64,000 bases of DNA from an uncultured Flavobacteriaceae bacterium (GCA_964593255.1 CAZQGX010000011.1:99-64098); one strand, 5' to 3'. Positions 18,818 to 26,986 are shown, counted from the first letter of the stretch. Notes: a model not told the origin generated them from the sequence alone. Numbers and translations are program-made.

Positions 18818-18928
18818 TTAAGTGCTTTTAACAAGCAAAGTCACATCAACAACTTGCTCACTACAAGAATTAAACACTAAACAAAGCCCAAATAACGCAA
18901 TCGGCACTAAACTAAAAACTTTTTTCAT
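18818..18928 (-). pseudogene. Truncated lipoprotein stub sharing the cassette lipobox
   Basis: Hand translation gives MKKVFSLVPIALFGLCLVFNSCSEQVVDVTLLVKST*. The FGLCLVFNSCSE part matches cassettes 1 and 2 at the nucleotide level (CACTACAAGAATTAAACACTAAACAAAG). Confidence 0.55.
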
Positions 18929-19214
18929 GACTTTAAAATTTTAGTTGTTAAAACAAGACAAACCATTTGTCTTGAAAGATACACTTGATTTGCAAATCAT
19001 TATAAAGAAAAAAAAAAGAATCTTCCTAACGTATTCTTCGTATAAAAACACTTTTAACAACTTTTTAACCATTAAACCATTTTTGTTCAATTTTTAAATC
19101 CTTTTAATGTTAATTAAACAAACAAAATACGCACCATGCGCAGTTCCTTAAATTCAGATTGTCTCTGGTAGCATGTTCTGAATGACCCTGCTTGTACGGC
19201 AGGACTAACAACAT

Positions 19215-19250
19215 AAAAGCCCTGTAACTTTTTATTTACGGGGCTTTTTA
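19215..19250. terminator. Bidirectional hairpin terminator
   Basis: AAAAGCCCTGTAA-CTTTTTAT-TTACGGGGCTTTTT, 47 nt downstream of the minus-strand 19297 gene. Confidence 0.65.
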
Positions 19251-19296
19251 CGGCTATTGAAAATCTTAGATTTAAATTCTGAAAAAGAGCTTTCTC

Positions 19297-19503
19297 TTAC
19301 TTGTTTTTTAACAAAGCAAATAATTTGGACATTAAATAGTCAAAAACATAAACGAAAAATAGTATTAAAATAAAACCAATAACCGTGTCAAAAAGTAAAA
19401 AAGTCCAGCTACCACGGTAGTAATTATCCATAAATAAAAGTCGTGCTAGAACTGAAACACTTGTTAAAATAAATGCTGTCCATATTTTATATTTAACTAC
19501 CAT
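19297..19503 (-). CDS. Small 2-TM membrane protein translationally coupled to the cassette 2 lipoprotein (immunity candidate)
   Basis: The ATG at 19503 is 2 nt after the lipoprotein stop (19506-19508). Sequence MVVKYKIWTAFILTSVSVLARLL...VIGFILILFFVYVF. Confidence 0.55.
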   Translation of the reverse strand: MVVKYKIWTAFILTSVSVLARLLFMDNYYRGSWTFLLFDTVIGFILILFFVYVFDYLMSKLFALLKNK

Positions 19504-19505
19504 GA

Positions 19506-20300
19506 TTATGACCAAAATTTACAAGATAGATACGCTCTTAAATATCCCTCAGCAAATCCAGCAAGTCCTCCTATAATAGCACCCCCCAAAGCACCTACAC
19601 CACCTGCTGGCAAAGCTAAAACCCCCAGACTTAAAAAACCTCCTATTGTAAAACCACTTAATCCTCCTACAATAACACCACCAACCATTCCTATGACGCC
19701 ATCTAGAATAGCGGATCGTAAAGCTTCTTTCCTACAATCCTTACCCTTTTGTAAAATTATTTCTTCAGATTTGTCTATTAATGCAAAAATCAGACTATAA
19801 ACTTGCAATTCTGGGTTTGTAAGAACATCAATAAAATATTGATTTTTAAGGTCGATTAACCCCTCTAGGTCATTATCTGATGCAAATTGAAACAGGTTTA
19901 GAGCATATTCCTTTTGTTTTTCACTAAGATGTTCCGCATTTAATATATCATCTTCGTTTAGAATGTGGTTCTGAGACGCTACATTATTGACTAAGATCTG
20001 TTCAATATCTGTGTATTCGGTAAAGTTATTTAATATGTTCTCATTTAAAGTGTAATAATTAGAAACTTCATGATTAACATCAACATTTGGTTCGGTCAAT
20101 TGGTCAGAATAAACCTCTAAGCTTGTTAGCATTTGTTCTGCAATAATGGAAGCCTCGAAGTCAGATAAATAGTTAAATTGAAAATTTTTAGTTGTGGTCG
20201 ACAAAGTATTTTCAGTGTTTAAATTATCCTCACTACAAGAATTAAAAACTAAGCAAAGTCCAAAAAGGATAAACGGCATTAATTTCATTTTTGTTTTCAT
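19506..20300 (-). CDS. Cassette 2 lipoprotein with a glycine-zipper C-terminus
   Basis: Start trimmed to MKTKMKLMPFILFGLCLVFNSC, which reproduces the 114-nt intergenic spacing of cassette 1. C-terminus GVIGMVGGVIVGGLSGFTIGGFLSLGVLALPAGGVGALGGAIIGGLAGFAEG. Confidence 0.7.
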   Translation of the reverse strand: MKTKMKLMPFILFGLCLVFNSCSEDNLNTENTLSTTTKNFQFNYLSDFEASIIAEQMLTSLEVYSDQLTEPNVDVNHEVSNYYTLNENILNNFTEYTDIEQILVNNVASQNHILNEDDILNAEHLSEKQKEYALNLFQFASDNDLEGLIDLKNQYFIDVLTNPELQVYSLIFALIDKSEEIILQKGKDCRKEALRSAILDGVIGMVGGVIVGGLSGFTIGGFLSLGVLALPAGGVGALGGAIIGGLAGFAEGYLRAYLSCKFWS

Positions 20301-20366
20301 AATATATGTTGTTTTAAAATTATGATGCAAAGATGTTATCGCTATTTTGTATTTCATGCGCTAAAT

Positions 20367-20383
20367 TTTACTAATTTAGTAAA
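20367..20383. promoter_or_regulatory. Perfect 17-bp palindrome TTTACTAATTTAGTAAA (cassette 2)
   Basis: Same sequence and same position as in cassette 1. Confidence 0.55.
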
Positions 20384-20414
20384 TGCTTACTAAAAACGCA
20401 TAAACTTTATACCT

Positions 20415-20801
20415 ATGATTGCTGCAAAACATTTAAAAGACCTGCGTTTAAAAAATAACTATACCCAAGAACATCTTGCCACAAAGCAAGGTATTTCTCA
20501 AAAAACATATTCAAATCTTGAAAGTGGTACAGCAAAAATAACGCTGGAGCATTTATTAAAAATTGCAGCGGTTTATAAAATGCCGGTTGTACCATTAACA
20601 GCACTACTTACAAACACCAGCCCAGAGTTCATGACCGCACTTGAAGAAGAAAACAAGGAAAGTACGCCTTACGAATTGTACCATGGTGTAAATGCAGACC
20701 TTACTCTAGAGTTACTTACATCTTACAAAGCGCAAATAGACCAGCTAACTAAACTGAATGCAGTTTTGGAAGAGCGCCTACGGGTTCTATCCAAAGTGTA
20801 G
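20415..20801 (+). CDS. XRE-family HTH regulator (cassette 2)
   Basis: 128 aa, differing from the 17902 copy at only 6 positions by eye. Confidence 0.85.
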   Translation: MIAAKHLKDLRLKNNYTQEHLATKQGISQKTYSNLESGTAKITLEHLLKIAAVYKMPVVPLTALLTNTSPEFMTALEEENKESTPYELYHGVNADLTLELLTSYKAQIDQLTKLNAVLEERLRVLSKV

Positions 20802-20817
20802 CATTGTTAATGATATT

Positions 20818-20853
20818 AAAATGCCCCTTGATATTTCAAGGGGTGTTTTTTTT
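20818..20853 (+). terminator. Terminator after XRE-2, same family
   Basis: AAAATGCCCCTTGATATTTCAAGGGGTGTTTTTTTT. Confidence 0.7.
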
Positions 20854-20866
20854 GTTGGTGTTATTT

Positions 20867-20882
20867 CGCTTTCACTAAAAAG
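20867..20882. repeat. Half-decayed palindromic element fused to the XRE-2 terminator
   Basis: CGCTTTCACTAAAAAG. The left arm is kept and the right arm is degraded. Confidence 0.5.
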
Positions 20883-20901
20883 GGTTGTATGATAACGACC
20901 A

Positions 20902-21216
20902 TTAATAAAACAATGCCAGCAAAATCTCTTTATACGATTTCCCATTGCCCAAAATGACTACATCATAAAATTTAACGCAATTTCGAATAAAGAGATAGGT
21001 AACAAAAATGATGGCGCCAATTGTAAGAATCAAGTGACCATTGTAAACTTCCCCGTTATCTACAAATTTGGACCTTGCCACTTTCAGGCCGATATAACAG
21101 GAGCGAAGAATCCTTATGCAAATAAATTGCAAGAACAAGAACAAAAATATATCTATAACAACAGACATCAGCAAAAAATTAATGTGGTTAACGCATACAC
21201 TATGCAAATTCTGCAA
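20902..21216 (-). CDS. Hypothetical membrane protein
   Basis: 104 aa with two or three hydrophobic segments. No recognised family. Confidence 0.35.
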   Translation of the reverse strand: MQNLHSVCVNHINFLLMSVVIDIFLFLFLQFICIRILRSCYIGLKVARSKFVDNGEVYNGHLILTIGAIIFVTYLFIRNCVKFYDVVILGNGKSYKEILLALFY

Positions 21217-21224
21217 CCTTTATC

Positions 21225-21503
21225 TCAACACCAATGAGTCCTAGACCCGCTCTCACTGCCGAAGCTCTTTCTTTCGATTTCTAATAGAGTAAGTCTAGCT
21301 TCAACACGTGATAAGGCCCGTCCAGTAAAGGCTCTTTGAAGATCCCTAGCTCCCAAAACCGCGCCTGCACAACTATAAACTTCAAAACTACTAATATCTT
21401 TGGCAACGCTTGTTTTTGAAGAAACCAGTCTCGCCGCGATAATCATTTGGTAAACAGCAGCAATCATTACTTTGGTATAATCAATTTCTTCTTTGTATTG
21501 CAC
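21225..21503 (-). CDS. Hypothetical protein
   Basis: 92-aa ORF with a GTG start, in a locally GC-richer patch. No recognised family. Confidence 0.25.
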   Translation of the reverse strand: MQYKEEIDYTKVMIAAVYQMIIAARLVSSKTSVAKDISSFEVYSCAGAVLGARDLQRAFTGRALSRVEARLTLLEIERKSFGSESGSRTHWC

Positions 21504-21698
21504 ACTATCGAATGATTATACTTTTTGAATATTAAGTTATAATGCTTAAAAGCATATGCATTACTTGACATAGAAGAATGGTAATAAGTACGATTAATTC
21601 TCAAAAGATTTACAAATATTTAAATCCTTCAGACATTACATTAAACATAAAAAACATGTTGCATACAATTTCTCAAATTTAAAGATGTTTTTGAAATG

Positions 21699-22001
21699 CT
21701 AGACGTTTTTATGTTTAGGTGGAAACGCCGCTAGCACTAAATTTACTATTGGCACTAAAAAAAGCCACTTATTAAATTTGGTTTCATTTAGTCTTCTCAT
21801 ACCTAATGTCAAAAACGGTACAAGAAAAAATATTCTAGTTACCATGGCAACATTATTACCAAAAAGATCGAGACCTTTAGCAAATCCAATTAGCGGACTG
21901 ACAATAAAAAAATAAAACAATACGAATATCCAGAATTCTTTTACACTGGCTTTTTTAGTAATATTGAATACGTTGCTAAAGGGTTGAATTATATATTTCA
22001 T
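21699..22001 (-). CDS. DUF805-family membrane protein
   Basis: KEFWIFVLFYFFIV...RRLNETKFNKWLFLVPIVNLVL matches the DUF805 pattern (RRLHD..SGWW.LL..iP). Confidence 0.6.
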   Translation of the reverse strand: MKYIIQPFSNVFNITKKASVKEFWIFVLFYFFIVSPLIGFAKGLDLFGNNVAMVTRIFFLVPFLTLGMRRLNETKFNKWLFLVPIVNLVLAAFPPKHKNV

Positions 22002-22016
22002 AGCTAGTTGTTTTAT

Positions 22017-22591
22017 TTAGTCATTTGGAGCACGATCATCTAGACAGTTCCGTGAGGTGCAAGATGCAGCTTCTTCGGCAATACAGGCAAAACCAGCAAA
22101 AGAACAAACAATTTTTTCAAAGGTGTTCATTCCTTCATAAATATTGTATTGAACGCATTGCCTGACACCTTCAACCGAACATTCATCTCTTCTAGGATAA
22201 TCATTTATTTTAGGTAGTAATAAATATAAGTTTTGTCTATTTATTATAAAGGACTCGTCTTCTATTCCGTTGAAATAAAATGTAATTTTACCATCAATTT
22301 TATTTTTGTTTTTATTTAAAAAATCTTCAAACAATTGGACATCCCCTGTTGATAAAATATCGTCAGGAATCTTTATGTTTGTTTCAAATTTACTACTTAG
22401 AATTAAATTAGGAATCTCTTCATTAATTGTATTTAATAATACTTTTGAGTTATATTTTAATTGAATTAAATCAACAGGTTCAAATTTATATGTGTAAACT
22501 TTTTCTTGTGGTGAAATATCTTCTTGTTCGCAACTTGCCGTAATTAGAGCAAGTGCTGCCAATATATCAATAATTTCATTTTTGTTTTCAT
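22017..22591 (-). pseudogene. Cassette 3 lipoprotein (Cys-rich mature part) with a frameshifted signal peptide
   Basis: The ATG at 22591 gives MKTKMKLLIYWQHLL*. The long ORF (LAALALITASCEQ...) is in the -1 frame from position 30 of that reading. A 1-nt gain would restore MKTKMKLLI.LAALALITASC. Confidence 0.5.
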
Positions 22592-22706
22592 AATTTACGT
22601 TATTTTAAAAGTTATGATGCAAAAATATTGTAGCTATTTTGTTTTTAATGCGCCAAATTTTACTAATTTAATAAGTACTTACTAAAAACGCATAAACTTT
22701 ATACCT

Positions 22707-22724
22707 ATGATTGCTGCTACTTAA
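22707..22724 (+). pseudogene. Remnant of the third XRE gene (MIAAT*)
   Basis: The intergenic region 22592-22706 aligns with cassettes 1 and 2. Homology stops about 12 nt into the XRE CDS. Confidence 0.6.
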
Positions 22725-22754
22725 CCCAATGCCATGATTTAAACTTGATAATTA

Positions 22755-22770
22755 CGCTTTCGCTAAAGCG
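22755..22770. repeat. Palindromic element, 15/16, at the right edge of the island
   Basis: CGCTTTCGCTAAAGCG. Confidence 0.9.
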
Positions 22771-22847
22771 AAATAATAGTAAAAATACAATAAAGCAAAT
22801 GCAGGAAATAACAAATGAAAGCAAAATGTAAAAAGCCATCAAAAACC

Positions 22848-22855
22848 TACCTTTG
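22848..22855 (+). promoter_or_regulatory. -7 box TACCTTTG for rpe
   Basis: TAnnTTTG motif, 22 nt upstream of the rpe ATG. Confidence 0.45.
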
Positions 22856-22876
22856 CATAACCTTTAAAAAATATCA

Positions 22877-23536
22877 ATGGCGACGAAAATAGCACCATCT
22901 ATACTAGCGGCAGATTTTGCCAATTTACAACGAGACATAGAAATGATCAATCACAGCGATGCCGACTGGTTTCATATTGATATTATGGACGGTGTTTTTG
23001 TGCCTAATATTTCTTTCGGTATGCCGGTGCTAGAGGCTATTGTTAAACACGCCACAAAAACCATTGATTGTCACTTGATGATTGTAGACCCTGATCGTTA
23101 TGTAGAGACTTTTGCAAGGTTGGGTTGTGATATTCTTACAGTGCATTATGAGGCCTGTACACACTTGCACCGCACTTTACAACTTATCAAATCTCAAGGT
23201 ATGAAGGCTGGCGTGGCACTTAATCCACATACCCCTGTAGATTTATTAAGCGATGTGATTCAAGACATAGATATGGTGTGCTTAATGAGTGTGAACCCAG
23301 GTTTTGGAGGGCAAAGTTTCATAGAAAATACTTACAATAAAGTAAGAAAGCTTAAAAATCTTATTGATGTCAAGGATGCTACAACCCTAATCGAAATAGA
23401 TGGTGGCGTGACCAATAAAAACGCAAAACAGCTAGTACAGGCTGGGGCAAATGTGCTAGTTGCTGGCAGTTATGTTTTTAAGGCTAGCGACCCCACAGCG
23501 ACTATTAAGGATTTAAATGAATTGGTGCAATTTTAG
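22877..23536 (+). CDS. rpe: Ribulose-phosphate 3-epimerase
   Basis: IAPSILAADF, HIDIMDG.FVPN and VNPGFGGQ.F motifs. Confidence 0.95.
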   Translation: MATKIAPSILAADFANLQRDIEMINHSDADWFHIDIMDGVFVPNISFGMPVLEAIVKHATKTIDCHLMIVDPDRYVETFARLGCDILTVHYEACTHLHRTLQLIKSQGMKAGVALNPHTPVDLLSDVIQDIDMVCLMSVNPGFGGQSFIENTYNKVRKLKNLIDVKDATTLIEIDGGVTNKNAKQLVQAGANVLVAGSYVFKASDPTATIKDLNELVQF

Positions 23537-23819
23537 TAGTTATTTCTGTTTTTTTAGGTTCAAATCGTATTTCATATAAGTTTAAAGAGATACTTTGATT
23601 TTAAAAAGTTTATCATAAAAGGTATAACATTGGTTTTTAAGAGTGATTTTGAATCATATTTTACACAATTAGAGTAAAATTAATGTTATGTTTTCTTATG
23701 GCAAAGCGGTTTAATTATAAATCATACACGATTTATATTTAATGTTAACATAACTTAGTATATACGTCATACATCTGTCAATTAGCAGTACTTTTGCGGG
23801 CTTTTAAAAAATAGCCCTA

Positions 23820-24422
23820 ATGAAAAGTGATGCCCTGTTAGATTTTTTTTATGCCTTTAGTTTTAAACAGACGTTTACGGCGGGAATGATTCTCTTTGCA
23901 GTGATCGATATAATAGGTAGCATTCCTATTATTGTTGATTTAAGACGTAAAGTGGGTCATGTGCAAAGTGAAAAAGCCTCTATTGTTGCGGGAATTCTTA
24001 TGATTACTTTTATGTATGTAGGAGAGCGCATGTTGCACCTTATAGGGATTGATGTGAACTCATTTGCTGTTGCAGGTGCTTTTATTATTTTTTTTATTGC
24101 GCTAGAAATGATTCTGGGAATACAACTTTATAAAGACGATGCTCCAGAAACCGCTGCTATAATTCCCATAGCTTTTCCTTTGATTGCAGGTGCAGGAACA
24201 CTTACCACGATACTTTCATTAAGATCAGAATTTGAAGCGATCAACATTATTATCGCTATAGTGGTTAATATAGGTTTTGTATATGTGGTTCTCAAAAACT
24301 CTGGACGTCTTGAAAAACTTTTTGGTAAGCAAGGAATTAATGTGATTAGAAAAATATTTGGTGTGATACTGCTTGCTATTGCGGTTAAACTTTTTACAGC
24401 AAATATTAAAGAGTTGTTTTAA
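23820..24422 (+). CDS. MarC-family (UPF0056) integral membrane protein
   Basis: 200 aa, six hydrophobic segments, with IAFPLIAGAGTLTT typical of MarC. Confidence 0.7.
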   Translation: MKSDALLDFFYAFSFKQTFTAGMILFAVIDIIGSIPIIVDLRRKVGHVQSEKASIVAGILMITFMYVGERMLHLIGIDVNSFAVAGAFIIFFIALEMILGIQLYKDDAPETAAIIPIAFPLIAGAGTLTTILSLRSEFEAINIIIAIVVNIGFVYVVLKNSGRLEKLFGKQGINVIRKIFGVILLAIAVKLFTANIKELF

Positions 24423-24624
24423 ATTTGCAGACTCGGTACTTTAAACGAATTCTAATTTGATTTTTCCTTTAGAATATTGTTTAACGATTATCAAAAATAC
24501 CCTTACAAAAATTTCACATTTTATTTCTTTAAAAACAAGGTTTCTTTAACTTCATGCGATTAATAATATAATATCTTGCGCAGCATACAAGGGGTTTTAA
24601 CTTCTTAAAATTAAGAAAGTTATT

Positions 24625-24825
24625 ATGAAATATACATTTTACTTGATTGGGATTTTGGCAGTAGCTAGTATTATATTTAATGCTACCTTGCTAGATTTTA
24701 AAAACCCACTGCATGGCGATAGTCAGATCGCTGCCATAGGCATTATTGCTGCATTGTGTGTAGTAGCATTGATGGGTATCATGCTTATCTCAAAAAGTAT
24801 TGATGAAAATTATAAGGATAGGTAG
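24625..24825 (+). CDS. Small membrane protein
   Basis: 66 aa with two hydrophobic segments. Confidence 0.35.
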   Translation: MKYTFYLIGILAVASIIFNATLLDFKNPLHGDSQIAAIGIIAALCVVALMGIMLISKSIDENYKDR

Positions 24826-24829
24826 TTAA

Positions 24830-26410
24830 TTATTTATTACTTAATTCCAGTAGTTTTTTAATCATTACATCTTCTCGATTCAATAATCTCACCTTTAATT
24901 GGGTTGTAAATAACTGTTCTGCCATTGTAGATTTGATGATTAAGGCAATTTCATTTCTATAGCCAGGTAACGTTATACTTGTATTATAGAGTTGGGCGTA
25001 TTTTATAAAGTCTTCCATTAATTTTTCAGTAACTTCATATTCATTGACAAATTTTTCTTTAGAAATATCTCTAATAGTTTTCCCTTCTTCTTGCAAGTAC
25101 TTATTTACAAATTGATCAGCAAATCCAGTTTTTGCAAAATAATCTAGCGTTTGTAACACATAGCCATCTGCACTGGGTACAAACACATCTGGTATGATAC
25201 CGCCACCGCCATAGACGACTTTGCCTTTGGGAGTGATTTTTTTAAGAGAGTCGTTTACTTCAATATTTGTAATACTTTGCAGTTCACCATTGCTGTAACG
25301 GTCTATATATTCTTTAAAGTAATCTTCATTACCATTATTATATGGTCGTTGTATACTTCTACCGGTGGGGGTATAGTATCTCGCTACTGTAAGACGCACT
25401 GCACTGCCATCACCCAATTTTATCTCTTGTTGCACAAGCCCTTTACCAAAACTTCTACGCCCTATTATAGTTCCTGTGTCGTTGTCTTGTAATGCACCTG
25501 CTACCACCTCGCTAGCACTGGCGCTGTTTTCATTAATTAATATAAAAACTTCTTTGTCTTCAAAGTCTCCACGACTTGTTGCATAACTATCCTTGCGCTT
25601 GTTATTTCTATCTTTTTGAAACAATATAAGTTTATCTCTAGTTAAAAATTCATCTGCAATTTCTATAGCAGCGCTTAAAACACCACCTGGGTTGTCTCTT
25701 AAATCAAGCGCAATTTGCGTTGCGCCGTCATTCTTTAGTTTTTCTATGGCAGTTTTGAATTCTTTCTCGGTACGCTCTGCAAAACGATTTATTTTTATGT
25801 ACCCTAGTTTTTTATTAAGCATGTATGCGGCATCAATACTTTTAAGTGTTACACTCCCTCTAGTCACGGGTATGTTTACCACCTCGTCATCACCTGGTCT
25901 TAAAACGCCTAAAATTATTTTAGAACCTTTTACTCCTTTTAGCACATCTGTAGATGTGGCATTTGCTCCAAAAAGTGGTTTGCCATCTGCATATAAAATT
26001 TTATCTCCTCCTTTTATTCCTGCCCGGTGGCTAGGACCGTTTTCTATTGCTCTTAAAACCGATATGGAATCTTGATTAACAAAAAAGCGTATTCCTATTC
26101 CCACAAAATCTCCCCGCATATTATTGTCCACATCTTCTAGCTGGTCACTAGGTATATATACCGAGTGTGGATCTAGGTTTTTCATAATCTCGTTTACCGT
26201 TACATCTACAATACTATCGGTGTTGATCTGGTCTACATAACGCTGGTCAATTAAGTCTATCAACCTATTGATTTTACGTTTTTTTAAATTGCTAGACGAT
26301 GCGATATAATCACTACCTATACTACTGGTATTGATAACACTACCTAGCCAAATCCCTACAGCAAAGATGATTCCTAAGAATAATGGATAATAAAGGTATC
26401 TTTTTTTCAT
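24830..26410 (-). CDS. S41-family carboxyl-terminal processing peptidase
   Basis: PDZ region (GIGI.F, GPS.RAGIKGGDKI), S41 core (LDLRDNPGG, SASASE, GTIIGRRSFGKG). Confidence 0.9.
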   Translation of the reverse strand: MKKRYLYYPLFLGIIFAVGIWLGSVINTSSIGSDYIASSSNLKKRKINRLIDLIDQRYVDQINTDSIVDVTVNEIMKNLDPHSVYIPSDQLEDVDNNMRGDFVGIGIRFFVNQDSISVLRAIENGPSHRAGIKGGDKILYADGKPLFGANATSTDVLKGVKGSKIILGVLRPGDDEVVNIPVTRGSVTLKSIDAAYMLNKKLGYIKINRFAERTEKEFKTAIEKLKNDGATQIALDLRDNPGGVLSAAIEIADEFLTRDKLILFQKDRNNKRKDSYATSRGDFEDKEVFILINENSASASEVVAGALQDNDTGTIIGRRSFGKGLVQQEIKLGDGSAVRLTVARYYTPTGRSIQRPYNNGNEDYFKEYIDRYSNGELQSITNIEVNDSLKKITPKGKVVYGGGGIIPDVFVPSADGYVLQTLDYFAKTGFADQFVNKYLQEEGKTIRDISKEKFVNEYEVTEKLMEDFIKYAQLYNTSITLPGYRNEIALIIKSTMAEQLFTTQLKVRLLNREDVMIKKLLELSNK

Positions 26411-26838
26411 TAATCTATGTTGGGTATTTGTTCTATAATAACTCCTGCTTTTTCTAGAAATTGTAGACCACTATTATCTTTATACTTCTCTACATATACT
26501 ACTCGTTTAATACCGCTTTGATGGATTAGTTTACTGCAATCTTTACACGGTGATAAGGTGATATAAAGGGTCGCGTCGCGACAGCTTTGTGTAGATCTAG
26601 CAACTTTAAGAATTGCATTTGCCTCGGCGTGTAATACATACCATTTTGTATAACCATCTTCATCTTCACAAAAATTTTCAAAGCCACTAGGTGTGCCATT
26701 ATATCCATCGCTTATGATCATGCGATCTCTTACAATTAGTGCCCCTACTTGTCGGCGCTTGCAGTGTGAAAGTTTTCCCCATTCTGTTGCCATTTTTAAA
26801 TAGGCTACATCATATCTATGTTGTTTTTCTTTCTTCAA
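26410..26838 (-). CDS. Deoxycytidylate (dCMP) deaminase
   Basis: HAEANA and SPCKDC zinc motifs, 142 aa. Confidence 0.9.
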   Translation of the reverse strand: MKKEKQHRYDVAYLKMATEWGKLSHCKRRQVGALIVRDRMIISDGYNGTPSGFENFCEDEDGYTKWYVLHAEANAILKVARSTQSCRDATLYITLSPCKDCSKLIHQSGIKRVVYVEKYKDNSGLQFLEKAGVIIEQIPNID

Positions 26839-26970
26839 TTCTTGTTTATTAATTAAATTTTAAGATTGTTATATTACATTGATAATCAATCAATAGGTCG
26901 ATTTTATTTTGTTCTACTTTTACATTTTACTCTTAATGTTTGCTTTTATATACACCCTTTCTATTTGTCT

Positions 26971-26986
26971 CGCTTTCGCAAAAGCG
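26971..26986. repeat. Palindromic element, 15/16
   Basis: TCTCGCTTTCGCAAAAGCGAGA, intergenic. Confidence 0.9.

Noticed and set aside
16942-22591. Considered a diversity-generating retroelement or phase-variable shufflon as the source of lipoprotein variability.
   Set aside because: The window has no reverse transcriptase, no template/variable repeat pair with adenine-specific differences, and no invertase with inverted repeats flanking the promoters. The payloads are wholly unrelated rather than point-diversified.
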